IMG/VR virus record: IMGVR_UViG_3300034103_000446
Span: 1 to 64,000 of that record
Reading direction: 5' to 3' (one strand)
Source of the DNA: a virus
Length of the DNA stretch: 64,000 nucleotides
Below the pieces are notes generated by a model that did no database searches, was not told the DNA's origin, and saw only the letters and a program-made list of their open reading frames with translations. Positions 35,897 through 45,322 of the stretch are shown here, in pieces (within the stretch, counting starts at the first letter, position 1; each line of letters begins with the position of its first letter). A program made the translations under genes and the position numbers.

Positions 35897-38151
35897 TTCG
35901 GCTTTCGTTTAATACTGTCGATTGAAATAGTCTGTGCCTCTTTAGCAAAGTCAAGTGCAGACATTGCTTCTTTCTCGGGAATAACTTCTCGTGATGTGTT
36001 AGATACTTCAACTTCAAAGTCTTTGTAGTTGCCCCAGTTACCATACCCAATATAATGATAGTCAAATGTAAAGTCAACTGTCTTATTCAACTCAGTCTCT
36101 TCATCCAACAGATCACTAAAGTCTTGACCATCACGACCTTCAGCATCACTCCATGTAGGCTTTGCAAGCTTACGGGCACGTAGTGCAGTGTTACTCATCA
36201 TACGTGAATAGTCTTGTGCATAGAACGGACCTTTGCGACCTAGAGGAGGACGTTCACGATCATCAAAAGGGTTATCGATCTGTTCAAACTTCATATCAAA
36301 GTCTGCTTCCCACTTGCCACTGTCACTGATCTTAAACTTGTATACAGCATTAAACATGCCTGGACCAAACTGTTGACCAAACTCTTTCAAGTCAATCTCA
36401 GGGTTGTATAGTATTTCTGCTTCGTATCCGCCACGACATTTCCATAGCATACGCAAGAAGGGCCACATCTCATTTACCAATGCATCAGCAAACGGATTAA
36501 TGTTTGGCTTAATGATGTTGTAATCAAACTTTTCATACTCAATCTCTCTTGCCATGTCACTATGGTTGAGTTTGATCTTGTAGTGTTCTTTCTCTAATGC
36601 ATGACGCACAGGATAGCTGATAGGTACATCGGTTACTCCACGAAAGAAGTCAGCAAACATGTGCCATGTTTTGACACGAATCATCAAGTGTGTGCCGCCA
36701 AATGTAAAGTCATTGCGTATCCAGTGACCCTGATACTTGTGCCAGCTGATGTTAAACTTGTGGGGATGTTGCCCTACAATAGTCTCAGGACCCATACCGT
36801 AACCAACACCTAAACCTGCATTGTTAATGTTATTGTTACGCATACGCCAGAAGAATGTCATAGTGTCACTGTAATCTTGATAGTCTTCTGTAGGGAACCC
36901 AACGATCCAGTTAGTGGCCGCCCAGATGCCTACTTTCTTACAGTCAATGAAGTTCTGCTCCATCTCAGCGATAGTAACACCTTTAGCCATGTCATCAAGT
37001 ACTTTCTGACTTCCGGATTCAACCCCAAAGTTAAACATGATAGCGCCGCCGGCTGCTAAGTCTTGTAAGTACTCTAAGTCCATACGACCATCACAACGGG
37101 CATATCCTGTCCACTTGACTTTTAAGTCTTTCTCTTTAAGAGCCAGGGCAAAGGCTCGTAGTTCTTTAGGATTACCATTGATTAACGAATCAATGAACCA
37201 GATAATGTCTGTGCCTTTATTATAGTACAGCCACTCAACTTCTGTAATCAAGTCAACACTTTGACGCTGACGATACTTCCAAAAGTGTGTTTCTTCACAG
37301 AATGTACATTTAGCTGTACAGCCGCGTGATATCTCACTGTTCACACCGTTAGGTAATTCATACTGGGAGAAATCAATACTCTCATAGTCGGGCATGGGCA
37401 AGCCGTTGATGTTGATACGCTGATCTTCTGGCTGTGTTAAATAGCGTGGATACTCTACTTCTATCTTGTCTTCTATTTCGTCAAGCATTACCAGTAGATT
37501 CTGTTCACCTTCTCCTACAACAACATAGTCATAGTATGGATGTGTTGCGAACCAACTCTTGTGTACGTTAGGTCCACCTACAGCAATCTTAATGTGAGGT
37601 GCTCTACGCTTGATTTCACGACACATCCACTTAGTAGGTTCTTCGCTAATGTAGTAAACGCTAAAGCCTACTACATCAGGATTCATTTCAATGATCTTAT
37701 CTACGGCCGGGCTTAATATCTCAGGGCCTAACAATGGGTGAATATCATTCATGTAAGTATCACCCATCCAATGCCAAGAACTAGAAGGATCCCATAGTCT
37801 AAATGGAATTCTTTGTTTAGGCCACCAGTCTTTCTTAAATGCGTTATATGCTTTAACATTCAAGTCTATGATGTGTGTCTCATAGCCCGAACTTTTAGCA
37901 ACACCGCTTAATCGTGCAAGACTAAACGGAGGCATATAAGGACTCCATTCAGGGCATAATACAAGAACCAACTTAGTGTTTCTTGTCTTGTAGTCAACGT
38001 ATACAGGAGTTAAGTTCTTTTGTACAGTTGGTTTAGCATAAGGTGCAATTGCTTCCATCATACTACGATGGCGTGCATCAGCAATGTCCTCTGTGGGGCG
38101 TTCCTTAGGCTTTAATTCGTCAACAGCCAATGATCTTAATGTGAAATCCAA
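35893..38151 (-). CDS. B12-binding radical SAM enzyme (class B methyltransferase-like)
   Basis: Cobalamin-domain GGP/GEGE motifs, SRGCTAKCTFC, GVESGS; TTG start with SD aggag. Confidence 0.9.
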   Translation of the reverse strand: MDFTLRSLAVDELKPKERPTEDIADARHRSMMEAIAPYAKPTVQKNLTPVYVDYKTRNTKLVLVLCPEWSPYMPPFSLARLSGVAKSSGYETHIIDLNVKAYNAFKKDWWPKQRIPFRLWDPSSSWHWMGDTYMNDIHPLLGPEILSPAVDKIIEMNPDVVGFSVYYISEEPTKWMCREIKRRAPHIKIAVGGPNVHKSWFATHPYYDYVVVGEGEQNLLVMLDEIEDKIEVEYPRYLTQPEDQRININGLPMPDYESIDFSQYELPNGVNSEISRGCTAKCTFCEETHFWKYRQRQSVDLITEVEWLYYNKGTDIIWFIDSLINGNPKELRAFALALKEKDLKVKWTGYARCDGRMDLEYLQDLAAGGAIMFNFGVESGSQKVLDDMAKGVTIAEMEQNFIDCKKVGIWAATNWIVGFPTEDYQDYSDTMTFFWRMRNNNINNAGLGVGYGMGPETIVGQHPHKFNISWHKYQGHWIRNDFTFGGTHLMIRVKTWHMFADFFRGVTDVPISYPVRHALEKEHYKIKLNHSDMAREIEYEKFDYNIIKPNINPFADALVNEMWPFLRMLWKCRGGYEAEILYNPEIDLKEFGQQFGPGMFNAVYKFKISDSGKWEADFDMKFEQIDNPFDDRERPPLGRKGPFYAQDYSRMMSNTALRARKLAKPTWSDAEGRDGQDFSDLLDEETELNKTVDFTFDYHYIGYGNWGNYKDFEVEVSNTSREVIPEKEAMSALDFAKEAQTISIDSIKRKPK

Positions 38152-38213
38152 AATGTGCTCCTATTTTCTACTATTGTACTACCCTCTCATGAGTAGTACA
38201 ATGTATTTGGACG

Positions 38214-41200
38214 TTAGACTTTAAAGTGATATATACCACAATTTGGATTTTCAACCATTGGGCAGAAGCCCATAAACTTTAATCCACCGCTGGCAGCCCA
38301 TGCAATATAATGTTCTTGATTACTACCAGTAGTAATAAAGATATCAGCACCCGTATTTAAGTATTTTTTGATATTAGCGTAAAAGTCTTGCAATGCTTCA
38401 TATCCTTCATCAACGATTAATCTGCAAGTGTTATCTACACAGTTTAAATGCTCAAGTGATTCAATAAATGCTTGTCTGTCACCACTGTGCGGTGGATTAG
38501 CTACTACCAAATCAAACTTCTCTGTAGTTGGTATTTGTGTAACTTCATTACACACATAGGCACTAATTTTATCTGCTACTTTGTTAGCTGTTGCATTAGC
38601 TAAACAAGATTTTATAGACGGGCTGTGCATGTCAACAAATGCCACTGAGTCTACTTTGTTTTTATCTAGCAAATCATATCCCAGTGGGCCAACTCCAGAG
38701 CACCATTCTAATGCACGACCATAATGTTCTTTTCCTATACGCTCTATTAACGAGTACAATTCCTCTTTAATTTCAAATCCACCACCGTCCATGTGTGTAG
38801 GGTATTCAAGTACAAATCCATTCTCGTATATGCGTGTTTGCTTAGACCAATCTAATTGATTAGGTGAAGATTCTAACGGAATTACTACGGGCTTAACAGT
38901 GTTTATATCTAAGTTAGGTTCTGGTATTGCAACACTAGGTATCACTACAGATAACGGTGCAGGTTGAATTACCGGCAGTTCAATTGGATATACAATTGGC
39001 TGAGGCTTTTCTTGCACAAATATTGGTTTAGCGGCGACTACGTTATTAAACAATTGCTGATAGTTCTTAGTAATTGTAAAATCTTTATTAGAGTGAAAAT
39101 GCTGTTGATTGAATTCAACTATTTCTTTTATTCCAGTTTGCCATACTTCCCAATCGCCGCCGGTGAAGTTATTCAATCGTTTGATTTCTTTAACAATAGC
39201 TTCAAAGCGTAAATCATCATTTTCAATAGTGTCATATGATTCGTCAATATATGGACTAAATGTTTTATACCCTTGCTCACGTAACACACGCAAGCAATAA
39301 GGTCTAGCCATTAATACAAACGGGTGATTTAGTGCAAAGCAACGATATGTTTTTTCAGTTAAGAACAGACTATCTTCTACAAAAGGACGATGCGCTTGAT
39401 CCGGACGATCCTTATCATAGAACAATGTTTCAGTGATTACACTGAAATAACTGTCTTTATAGTATTGCAAATCATCGGGTTGAATGTCCACTGGGTTATG
39501 TCTATCTTCAGTGATATTCAATCGCATAGGAAACATATCTGCATTCTGTCTAATTAATGGAAACTTTTGATCATGCAATAACGGAATCTTTTCTTTAAAA
39601 TCGGTATCGCCCTCAAAACTATACCAGGCCTTATCTACTAGACTCTCATGTAACATACGCTCCAACAATACCATACGATGTTCTCTATTAAGTTTGTTAA
39701 AGCAAGTAAAGTTTTTTCCACGGAATCTAACATCGTACCCACCGATATATTCATATCCCTGTGCATAAGTTGTAGTGATATAATTAAAGAAATGGCAGTT
39801 TAATAACGAAACACGCTTGTTCCAGCCGTTTTTGTCAATTAACTTTTCATACACTTTGTCAGCATCAATTACACCGGTCAATACAATTATGTCTTCTTCT
39901 GGAATAATGTCGTCAACAATGTTAGCAATACGCTGAATTTTGCTTTGTACATGCGGCATAAATGCTTCTGTGGCTGCAAAGAACAAGAACTTAGACTTGC
40001 CGTTCTTATGTGCAAGACGCATTTCTTTAACAATGTCTTGTGTAGGTCTACAAACAAACATTGTTTCAAAGTTAATTGTAGCATCAATTAAATGAATATT
40101 GTGCTCATATTCTTTAATGGCCGGAAACATCTCAAGTACTTGACGCATCATTGTTTCTGTAGTAGTAGACGGAACCTCATATTTATGTTTAGAACGAGTA
40201 TCACCGTAATGTATGATTTCACCACTGTGTTGTTGGCTAGTCATCTTGCGCCATGGATCAATAACTACAGCAGCAGGATCTTTGAACTGTAGACGTTCGA
40301 CCCAAGACTCCCAATATCCAATTAGAAACACATGAGTCCAGTCTTCACGCAGGTCATGATCCTCAGTATTTGGATCGTAGTAGTTTAAGTTGCCACCATG
40401 CTTTTCAATATTGTAACCTACTAACATACTTGCAGAACCGTTAATATAACTCACCCCCGGTTTGTATGCTTTACCAATGATGGTTACATTACGACCATTC
40501 TCTAGGCAACGTAGGGCCATGCGCTCGGCTTGTACTTCACGTGCGGCCATGATTGAATCAAACAAATCATAACCTAAGTCTAGTCTGTCTGCTAGATAGC
40601 GTAGTGCAATGTTATCTCTTGGGTGACATGCACCTGCATCTCCTAGTCCGGCTTTCATGTATGCCGGACCCATGATGCGATGTGTACTCTTAGCCAATGC
40701 TTGTGTAACTACATCTACGTTGATATTGCCATTGGTCTCTGCAACGTCTTGCACCATGTTGACAAGTGCTAGCTTAGTGCTGATAAATGTGTTGTAGAAG
40801 ATTTTGATAGACTCAGCTTCATCCCATGTGCCAACTTCATAGCGTGGCTCGTTCTGCATAAACACTTTATAAAAGTCAATTAATTCACTAGCATCACCAG
40901 TAAGGCTACCATCATCTGTGCCAATAATTACCATTTCTGGATTTACCATGTCCCATTTTACGGTGCCCATAGCAATAAGGTAAGGGTTGTAAATGAATCT
41001 TGCATTAGTGATACAAGGCTCTAGGATGCTACGAACTGTTCCGGGTAGCACTGTACTGATGAGGACAACTAATTGACTTTTAGTAACATGTTTATTGACC
41101 TCTTTTAAAATGTCAGTGACTATTGTATAGTCAAAATCTTTGTTTGGAAGATGGCTTGTTGGAGTTTCACCACCATAGATAGGATCATGTGGTGTGGGTG

Positions 41201-41375
41201 CCGCGATAAAGATAATGTCTCTGTCTGTTACGGCTAATTCTATTGTGTCACGCATGGGGAATGCAGGAGTCCTAGGAACAACATCGTATCCAACAACATC
41301 ATAACCGGCATCTGCCATGACCTCTGCACAATCTTGTCCCAATTTACCCACACCAATCATTGCTACTTTTTTCAT
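38214..41375 (-). CDS. Triple fusion: UDP-glucose/GDP-mannose dehydrogenase + GT10-like domain + class I methyltransferase
   Basis: IGVGKLG, STVLPGT and GACHPRD; SVITET...LTEKTY...HPF; Pro-rich linker; LEWCSGVG and VANPPH. Confidence 0.85.
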   Translation of the reverse strand: MKKVAMIGVGKLGQDCAEVMADAGYDVVGYDVVPRTPAFPMRDTIELAVTDRDIIFIAAPTPHDPIYGGETPTSHLPNKDFDYTIVTDILKEVNKHVTKSQLVVLISTVLPGTVRSILEPCITNARFIYNPYLIAMGTVKWDMVNPEMVIIGTDDGSLTGDASELIDFYKVFMQNEPRYEVGTWDEAESIKIFYNTFISTKLALVNMVQDVAETNGNINVDVVTQALAKSTHRIMGPAYMKAGLGDAGACHPRDNIALRYLADRLDLGYDLFDSIMAAREVQAERMALRCLENGRNVTIIGKAYKPGVSYINGSASMLVGYNIEKHGGNLNYYDPNTEDHDLREDWTHVFLIGYWESWVERLQFKDPAAVVIDPWRKMTSQQHSGEIIHYGDTRSKHKYEVPSTTTETMMRQVLEMFPAIKEYEHNIHLIDATINFETMFVCRPTQDIVKEMRLAHKNGKSKFLFFAATEAFMPHVQSKIQRIANIVDDIIPEEDIIVLTGVIDADKVYEKLIDKNGWNKRVSLLNCHFFNYITTTYAQGYEYIGGYDVRFRGKNFTCFNKLNREHRMVLLERMLHESLVDKAWYSFEGDTDFKEKIPLLHDQKFPLIRQNADMFPMRLNITEDRHNPVDIQPDDLQYYKDSYFSVITETLFYDKDRPDQAHRPFVEDSLFLTEKTYRCFALNHPFVLMARPYCLRVLREQGYKTFSPYIDESYDTIENDDLRFEAIVKEIKRLNNFTGGDWEVWQTGIKEIVEFNQQHFHSNKDFTITKNYQQLFNNVVAAKPIFVQEKPQPIVYPIELPVIQPAPLSVVIPSVAIPEPNLDINTVKPVVIPLESSPNQLDWSKQTRIYENGFVLEYPTHMDGGGFEIKEELYSLIERIGKEHYGRALEWCSGVGPLGYDLLDKNKVDSVAFVDMHSPSIKSCLANATANKVADKISAYVCNEVTQIPTTEKFDLVVANPPHSGDRQAFIESLEHLNCVDNTCRLIVDEGYEALQDFYANIKKYLNTGADIFITTGSNQEHYIAWAASGGLKFMGFCPMVENPNCGIYHFKV

Positions 41376-41399
41376 TTAATACCTCGTGTATATACCTAA

Positions 41400-41406
41400 T
41401 ATTTAT
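41400..41406 (-). promoter_or_regulatory. T4-like late promoter core (ATAAATA)
   Basis: ~25 nt upstream of the ATG at 41375. Confidence 0.45.
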
Positions 41407-41434
41407 TTGCTAGGGACACTAGCCAAATTTAAAA

Positions 41435-42511
41435 TTACAGTTTACCAAGTAATTCTCTATGCTCTAACTCTATACCTGGAAGAGCCAGTTGCAGTTGATT
41501 TATTTCATTTTCTGTTTGATTCATGTAATGGTTATAGTTGTGTCTTACCATTTCTCTTATTTCATTTACATTCTTGTCTAAGTTATCTATAAAATGTTTA
41601 ACACTTTTTGAAGCCCAATCTAAAATCAATTCTGAGTCTTGGCTTATTCTATTAGTATACGGTAAAAAGAACTTATCAAATGTCTTGTAACCTAATCTAG
41701 TTAAGTGTTCATTAATGCCATCGTCCCCTATAATTATAAAAGGATGATGGTTAATCATCGCTCTGTAGAGTTTTTCAGTTAGATATGGCATTTTCAGACT
41801 GGTAATCGTGCCAGGATTAACATCAAAGCTGTTCTCACTGACAATACTAAGACAAGTGTTTTTGTAATATTTTAGATTGGTTGGGAAACCAGTATACTCA
41901 AATACATTGGTATCATAGCATTTTGATATATCAATGTCTAAGCTAGGTCTTTGTATATCTATTAATAATTTGCTTATATAACTATCGTCTTGGAGATATT
42001 CTATATCCAATGATTTTATTGCATGTATATTGGTTTGGCTAGCTGGGAAATACAAACTATAATCTAGATAATCTAATAAATTGTTAACATAGAAATGATG
42101 CATAAGACCTATTCTTTGTCTCTTTAATGGTTTACCTATTAAAAACAATGCTTTATTGCTATCTGGATACCATTTGCTTGTATGTCTTTTTAAACTGTGT
42201 TTATATGTAATATAAGCCCAGGTGTTTAAGTAATACACATTTGTTCTATGCCCGGTTGTTTCTCTAGCAGTATCATGAAATAGAAAATGATGTGGGATAT
42301 TTATTGACTGTGCATATTTTCCTACCTCATCTGATATTGAATTCAAGTAATCTGAATCAAAACTGCTTAGGCTCTCAACTAGGGCATTGAATATAATTTC
42401 ATCGCCGGGCGCATAATATGCTTTTAATTGAAATTGAATATCCTCAATGATATCGTCAAACTTCATTGTATTGCCTATATAGGCAGCAATTCGAACGTAA
42501 ATGTATTTCAT
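41435..42511 (-). CDS. GT10-like putative glycosyltransferase
   Basis: SIVSEN...LTEKLYRAMINHHPFIIIG...LGYKTF. Confidence 0.6.
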   Translation of the reverse strand: MKYIYVRIAAYIGNTMKFDDIIEDIQFQLKAYYAPGDEIIFNALVESLSSFDSDYLNSISDEVGKYAQSINIPHHFLFHDTARETTGHRTNVYYLNTWAYITYKHSLKRHTSKWYPDSNKALFLIGKPLKRQRIGLMHHFYVNNLLDYLDYSLYFPASQTNIHAIKSLDIEYLQDDSYISKLLIDIQRPSLDIDISKCYDTNVFEYTGFPTNLKYYKNTCLSIVSENSFDVNPGTITSLKMPYLTEKLYRAMINHHPFIIIGDDGINEHLTRLGYKTFDKFFLPYTNRISQDSELILDWASKSVKHFIDNLDKNVNEIREMVRHNYNHYMNQTENEINQLQLALPGIELEHRELLGKL

Positions 42512-43299
42512 AATAACGGGAGATAATCTCTGCTCATTAAGTTTCTGATTGATTGGTTAAAATTCTGTCTAATATTGTGTAAAGTTTTACACCGGGCCAA
42601 GGCAGTTGTAGTAACGGTTGCATAATCTTTAGTGATTGTATTAAACTCTAACCCACATGCTTCTAAGTAATCATAGTAAGTTATTGGTTTAGGGTGAGGA
42701 TCAGCATGCGGTTGACCATCGTGATTGATATATGTTACTGGGTCTCTACTCCAATCACGTCCCATAAAATCATATAATGACATAGGCATATTATCATATT
42801 CTTTTTGATATAGGGTTGATAATGTTCTTGATATTTCGATATCATCAACTTTTCCAAAATCAGTGTATTTAAATGGTACACTTCTTAGTAACAATGTACC
42901 ACAATTGCTTTGTTGTAGTAACTTATTGGTAATACTAATTATAGCATGGTCACGAATCATGTGCCCGGTTGGATCACAATATTCTTTTACCCAATCTTTA
43001 GGATACTGACTGTTCCAGGCATTGCCTTGAGCAAACCAACCACCATTAATCCAGCGGTCTTCTCTACTAAATGTAGACCACATAATCATAACTAAATCAG
43101 TATCATTAAATTTATATCTAGCATTGGCTTCAGTAACCCTAGCCATAATGCCCAAATTACCCATACCCGCCATGGCATGGTTATAGTAATCTGCTTTTGT
43201 TTCTACTGCAATTATATCGGCCCAGGTGGGCCATTTATATGCAGTGAAGCTGCAACCAAATGCGAATATACGCTTATATTTCTTTAAATTTATTTTCAT
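42508..43299 (-). CDS. SGNH/GDSL-like protein (putative acyl transferase or esterase)
   Basis: AFGCSFT (block I Ser) and C-terminal DPHP. Confidence 0.65.
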   Translation of the reverse strand: MKINLKKYKRIFAFGCSFTAYKWPTWADIIAVETKADYYNHAMAGMGNLGIMARVTEANARYKFNDTDLVMIMWSTFSREDRWINGGWFAQGNAWNSQYPKDWVKEYCDPTGHMIRDHAIISITNKLLQQSNCGTLLLRSVPFKYTDFGKVDDIEISRTLSTLYQKEYDNMPMSLYDFMGRDWSRDPVTYINHDGQPHADPHPKPITYYDYLEACGLEFNTITKDYATVTTTALARCKTLHNIRQNFNQSIRNLMSRDYLPLL

Positions 43300-45322
43300 T
43301 TTCTCTGATAAAATTAAGTAAGTCAACAGAATAATCCTGTATCTTATTAAGAACCTGATGATTAACTAGTTCCTGCCATGGCTTAGGAACTAGATTGCTA
43401 TTAGTTGCTAATCTCAATATAACTCGTTTATTGTACATGCACTTTTCAAATACAGAATCATATAGTTCTTTTAGTTCAGAGGGTGATTTATCAGTGTATC
43501 TTTTTACATTCTGTGCTATTAAATCGTATCTAATTTTAGTGTCGGGTTCGCTGTCAAAACTGTAATCAAAGAGTTCATCGTATAACTTAAAACCCAACTC
43601 CTGTAACTTTTTATGAAAGTTTATAGACCCTGCCACCAAGAAAGGTTTATTAAAGAATAACGGCATTGCTGTTTTTTCTGTTATAGTAAATGCAATGTCA
43701 TCTGTTTCAGGAACTAATTGCATAAACGATAATGCATATTCTAATGGGAATGTTTCCTGAGATTTAAAACCATCAACCTGATCTCGTAACATTATCTGTT
43801 GATTCCAGTATTCAAACTGATAATTGTCTGTGAGTTCTCTCCAAATAACTATACCATTGTCAATTATATCATGTTTAGCTAGCATATCCATCATTTTAGC
43901 TCTATGTAATTTTGGAGCTTTGTTCATGCTAATATATGGATATTTAATGGGGGTTTTCTCAGATACACGAATATTTTCTACATCTAAGCATATACTATTG
44001 TTAGCCTGATAATTAGGACTTACTGATAGCCTAGCCAATGCCATAGAGAACCAGAATGTAGTCCAGTAATATGTATTAACATGTTTATCTACATTTATAT
44101 GAGTATTGTCTGACGCTGATGCTGTTATTAAATCAAACTCTATGTTATGTATTTTAGCAAACTCAACTAATTCATTGAATTTCTCTACGGATCCGTTAAT
44201 AGTATTGCTGTCAAACTCAGTTGCACCGTTATATATTATCTTAGACACCCGGCCGGCGTTTTCCATAAACCTATCGGCCCTGTCTAATGTGTTATTGTGC
44301 CATATATTGAAATCTATAATTTCATGATTATTAATCATTTTATTATACATATAAATGTATCTGCCGTCGGTTGCGTTATGCACAATAGAATTGTCATTTC
44401 TTAATTCTACTATACGGTCTCTAATCACTGGCGGTATATATTTTACCTCATTTATTATACGGATATAATTGTCATAATTACGCTGTGCTTTTTCTTTTAT
44501 TAACTGATATAACTCAGTAGTATTTTGTTCTGTTATGCGCTTAACATTCAAAGCGATAGCCTCAGCACGTTTAAGCATATCGGGTTCACTGTCAAAGCTA
44601 TAATCTATAATCTCGTCATACAACTCAAATCCTAAATCAACTAATCTCTTATGGAAATATTGATCGGCCATGATAATAAAAGGCTTTTTAAATAATATAG
44701 GTAAACAGGTCTTTTCAGTAATAAATGGCACTGTTGTGGTAGCCTCTCCTATTACATGCAAGAATGATTTATAGTATTTGTCCGGTATTAAGAATGAATC
44801 TAGTTTAGTTTCAAAGTCGTCTGATATTAATCTAACCTCATCATTATAGTGTTTGAATTGATATAAGCTAGGATTTCGTGCTGGAAATCGGTTCCATGTC
44901 ACAATACCTTTATCTAGTAATCCTTGACCAGTTAACTCATCTACTAACATACAGCGATGCATGTGATTCTTGTTATTCAAGCATATATAAGGATAATCGA
45001 AATCAGTATAAGTTTGATTAAAGTCTAAATGGTTGCTGCACATTACAGACCAGTTTAACCAGTATGTGTACCAATTAACTATCTCTATGTTGTTAAAGTG
45101 TTGAGTTTGTTGATGATAGTAACTAGTAGGATAGGAACCAACTGTTACAACTAGTTTAATATTGTTACTGTTTAATAGTTCTGCTAATTCAACTGTTAAT
45201 TCACGAGAATGCCATTCTGTTTCACATAAAAATACTATTGTATTTGGCTTCTCTGTGTTAACAATGTCTACAAACTTTTCATATGAGGGTTCGTCTAATT
45301 GACTGATGTAAACTGTTTTCAT
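43274..45322 (-). CDS. Tandem double GT10-like domain protein
   Basis: Two copies of ITEKT..P..F.KPF...LGF.LYDE..DYSFDSEPD. Confidence 0.65.
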   Translation of the reverse strand: MKTVYISQLDEPSYEKFVDIVNTEKPNTIVFLCETEWHSRELTVELAELLNSNNIKLVVTVGSYPTSYYHQQTQHFNNIEIVNWYTYWLNWSVMCSNHLDFNQTYTDFDYPYICLNNKNHMHRCMLVDELTGQGLLDKGIVTWNRFPARNPSLYQFKHYNDEVRLISDDFETKLDSFLIPDKYYKSFLHVIGEATTTVPFITEKTCLPILFKKPFIIMADQYFHKRLVDLGFELYDEIIDYSFDSEPDMLKRAEAIALNVKRITEQNTTELYQLIKEKAQRNYDNYIRIINEVKYIPPVIRDRIVELRNDNSIVHNATDGRYIYMYNKMINNHEIIDFNIWHNNTLDRADRFMENAGRVSKIIYNGATEFDSNTINGSVEKFNELVEFAKIHNIEFDLITASASDNTHINVDKHVNTYYWTTFWFSMALARLSVSPNYQANNSICLDVENIRVSEKTPIKYPYISMNKAPKLHRAKMMDMLAKHDIIDNGIVIWRELTDNYQFEYWNQQIMLRDQVDGFKSQETFPLEYALSFMQLVPETDDIAFTITEKTAMPLFFNKPFLVAGSINFHKKLQELGFKLYDELFDYSFDSEPDTKIRYDLIAQNVKRYTDKSPSELKELYDSVFEKCMYNKRVILRLATNSNLVPKPWQELVNHQVLNKIQDYSVDLLNFIRENENKFKEI

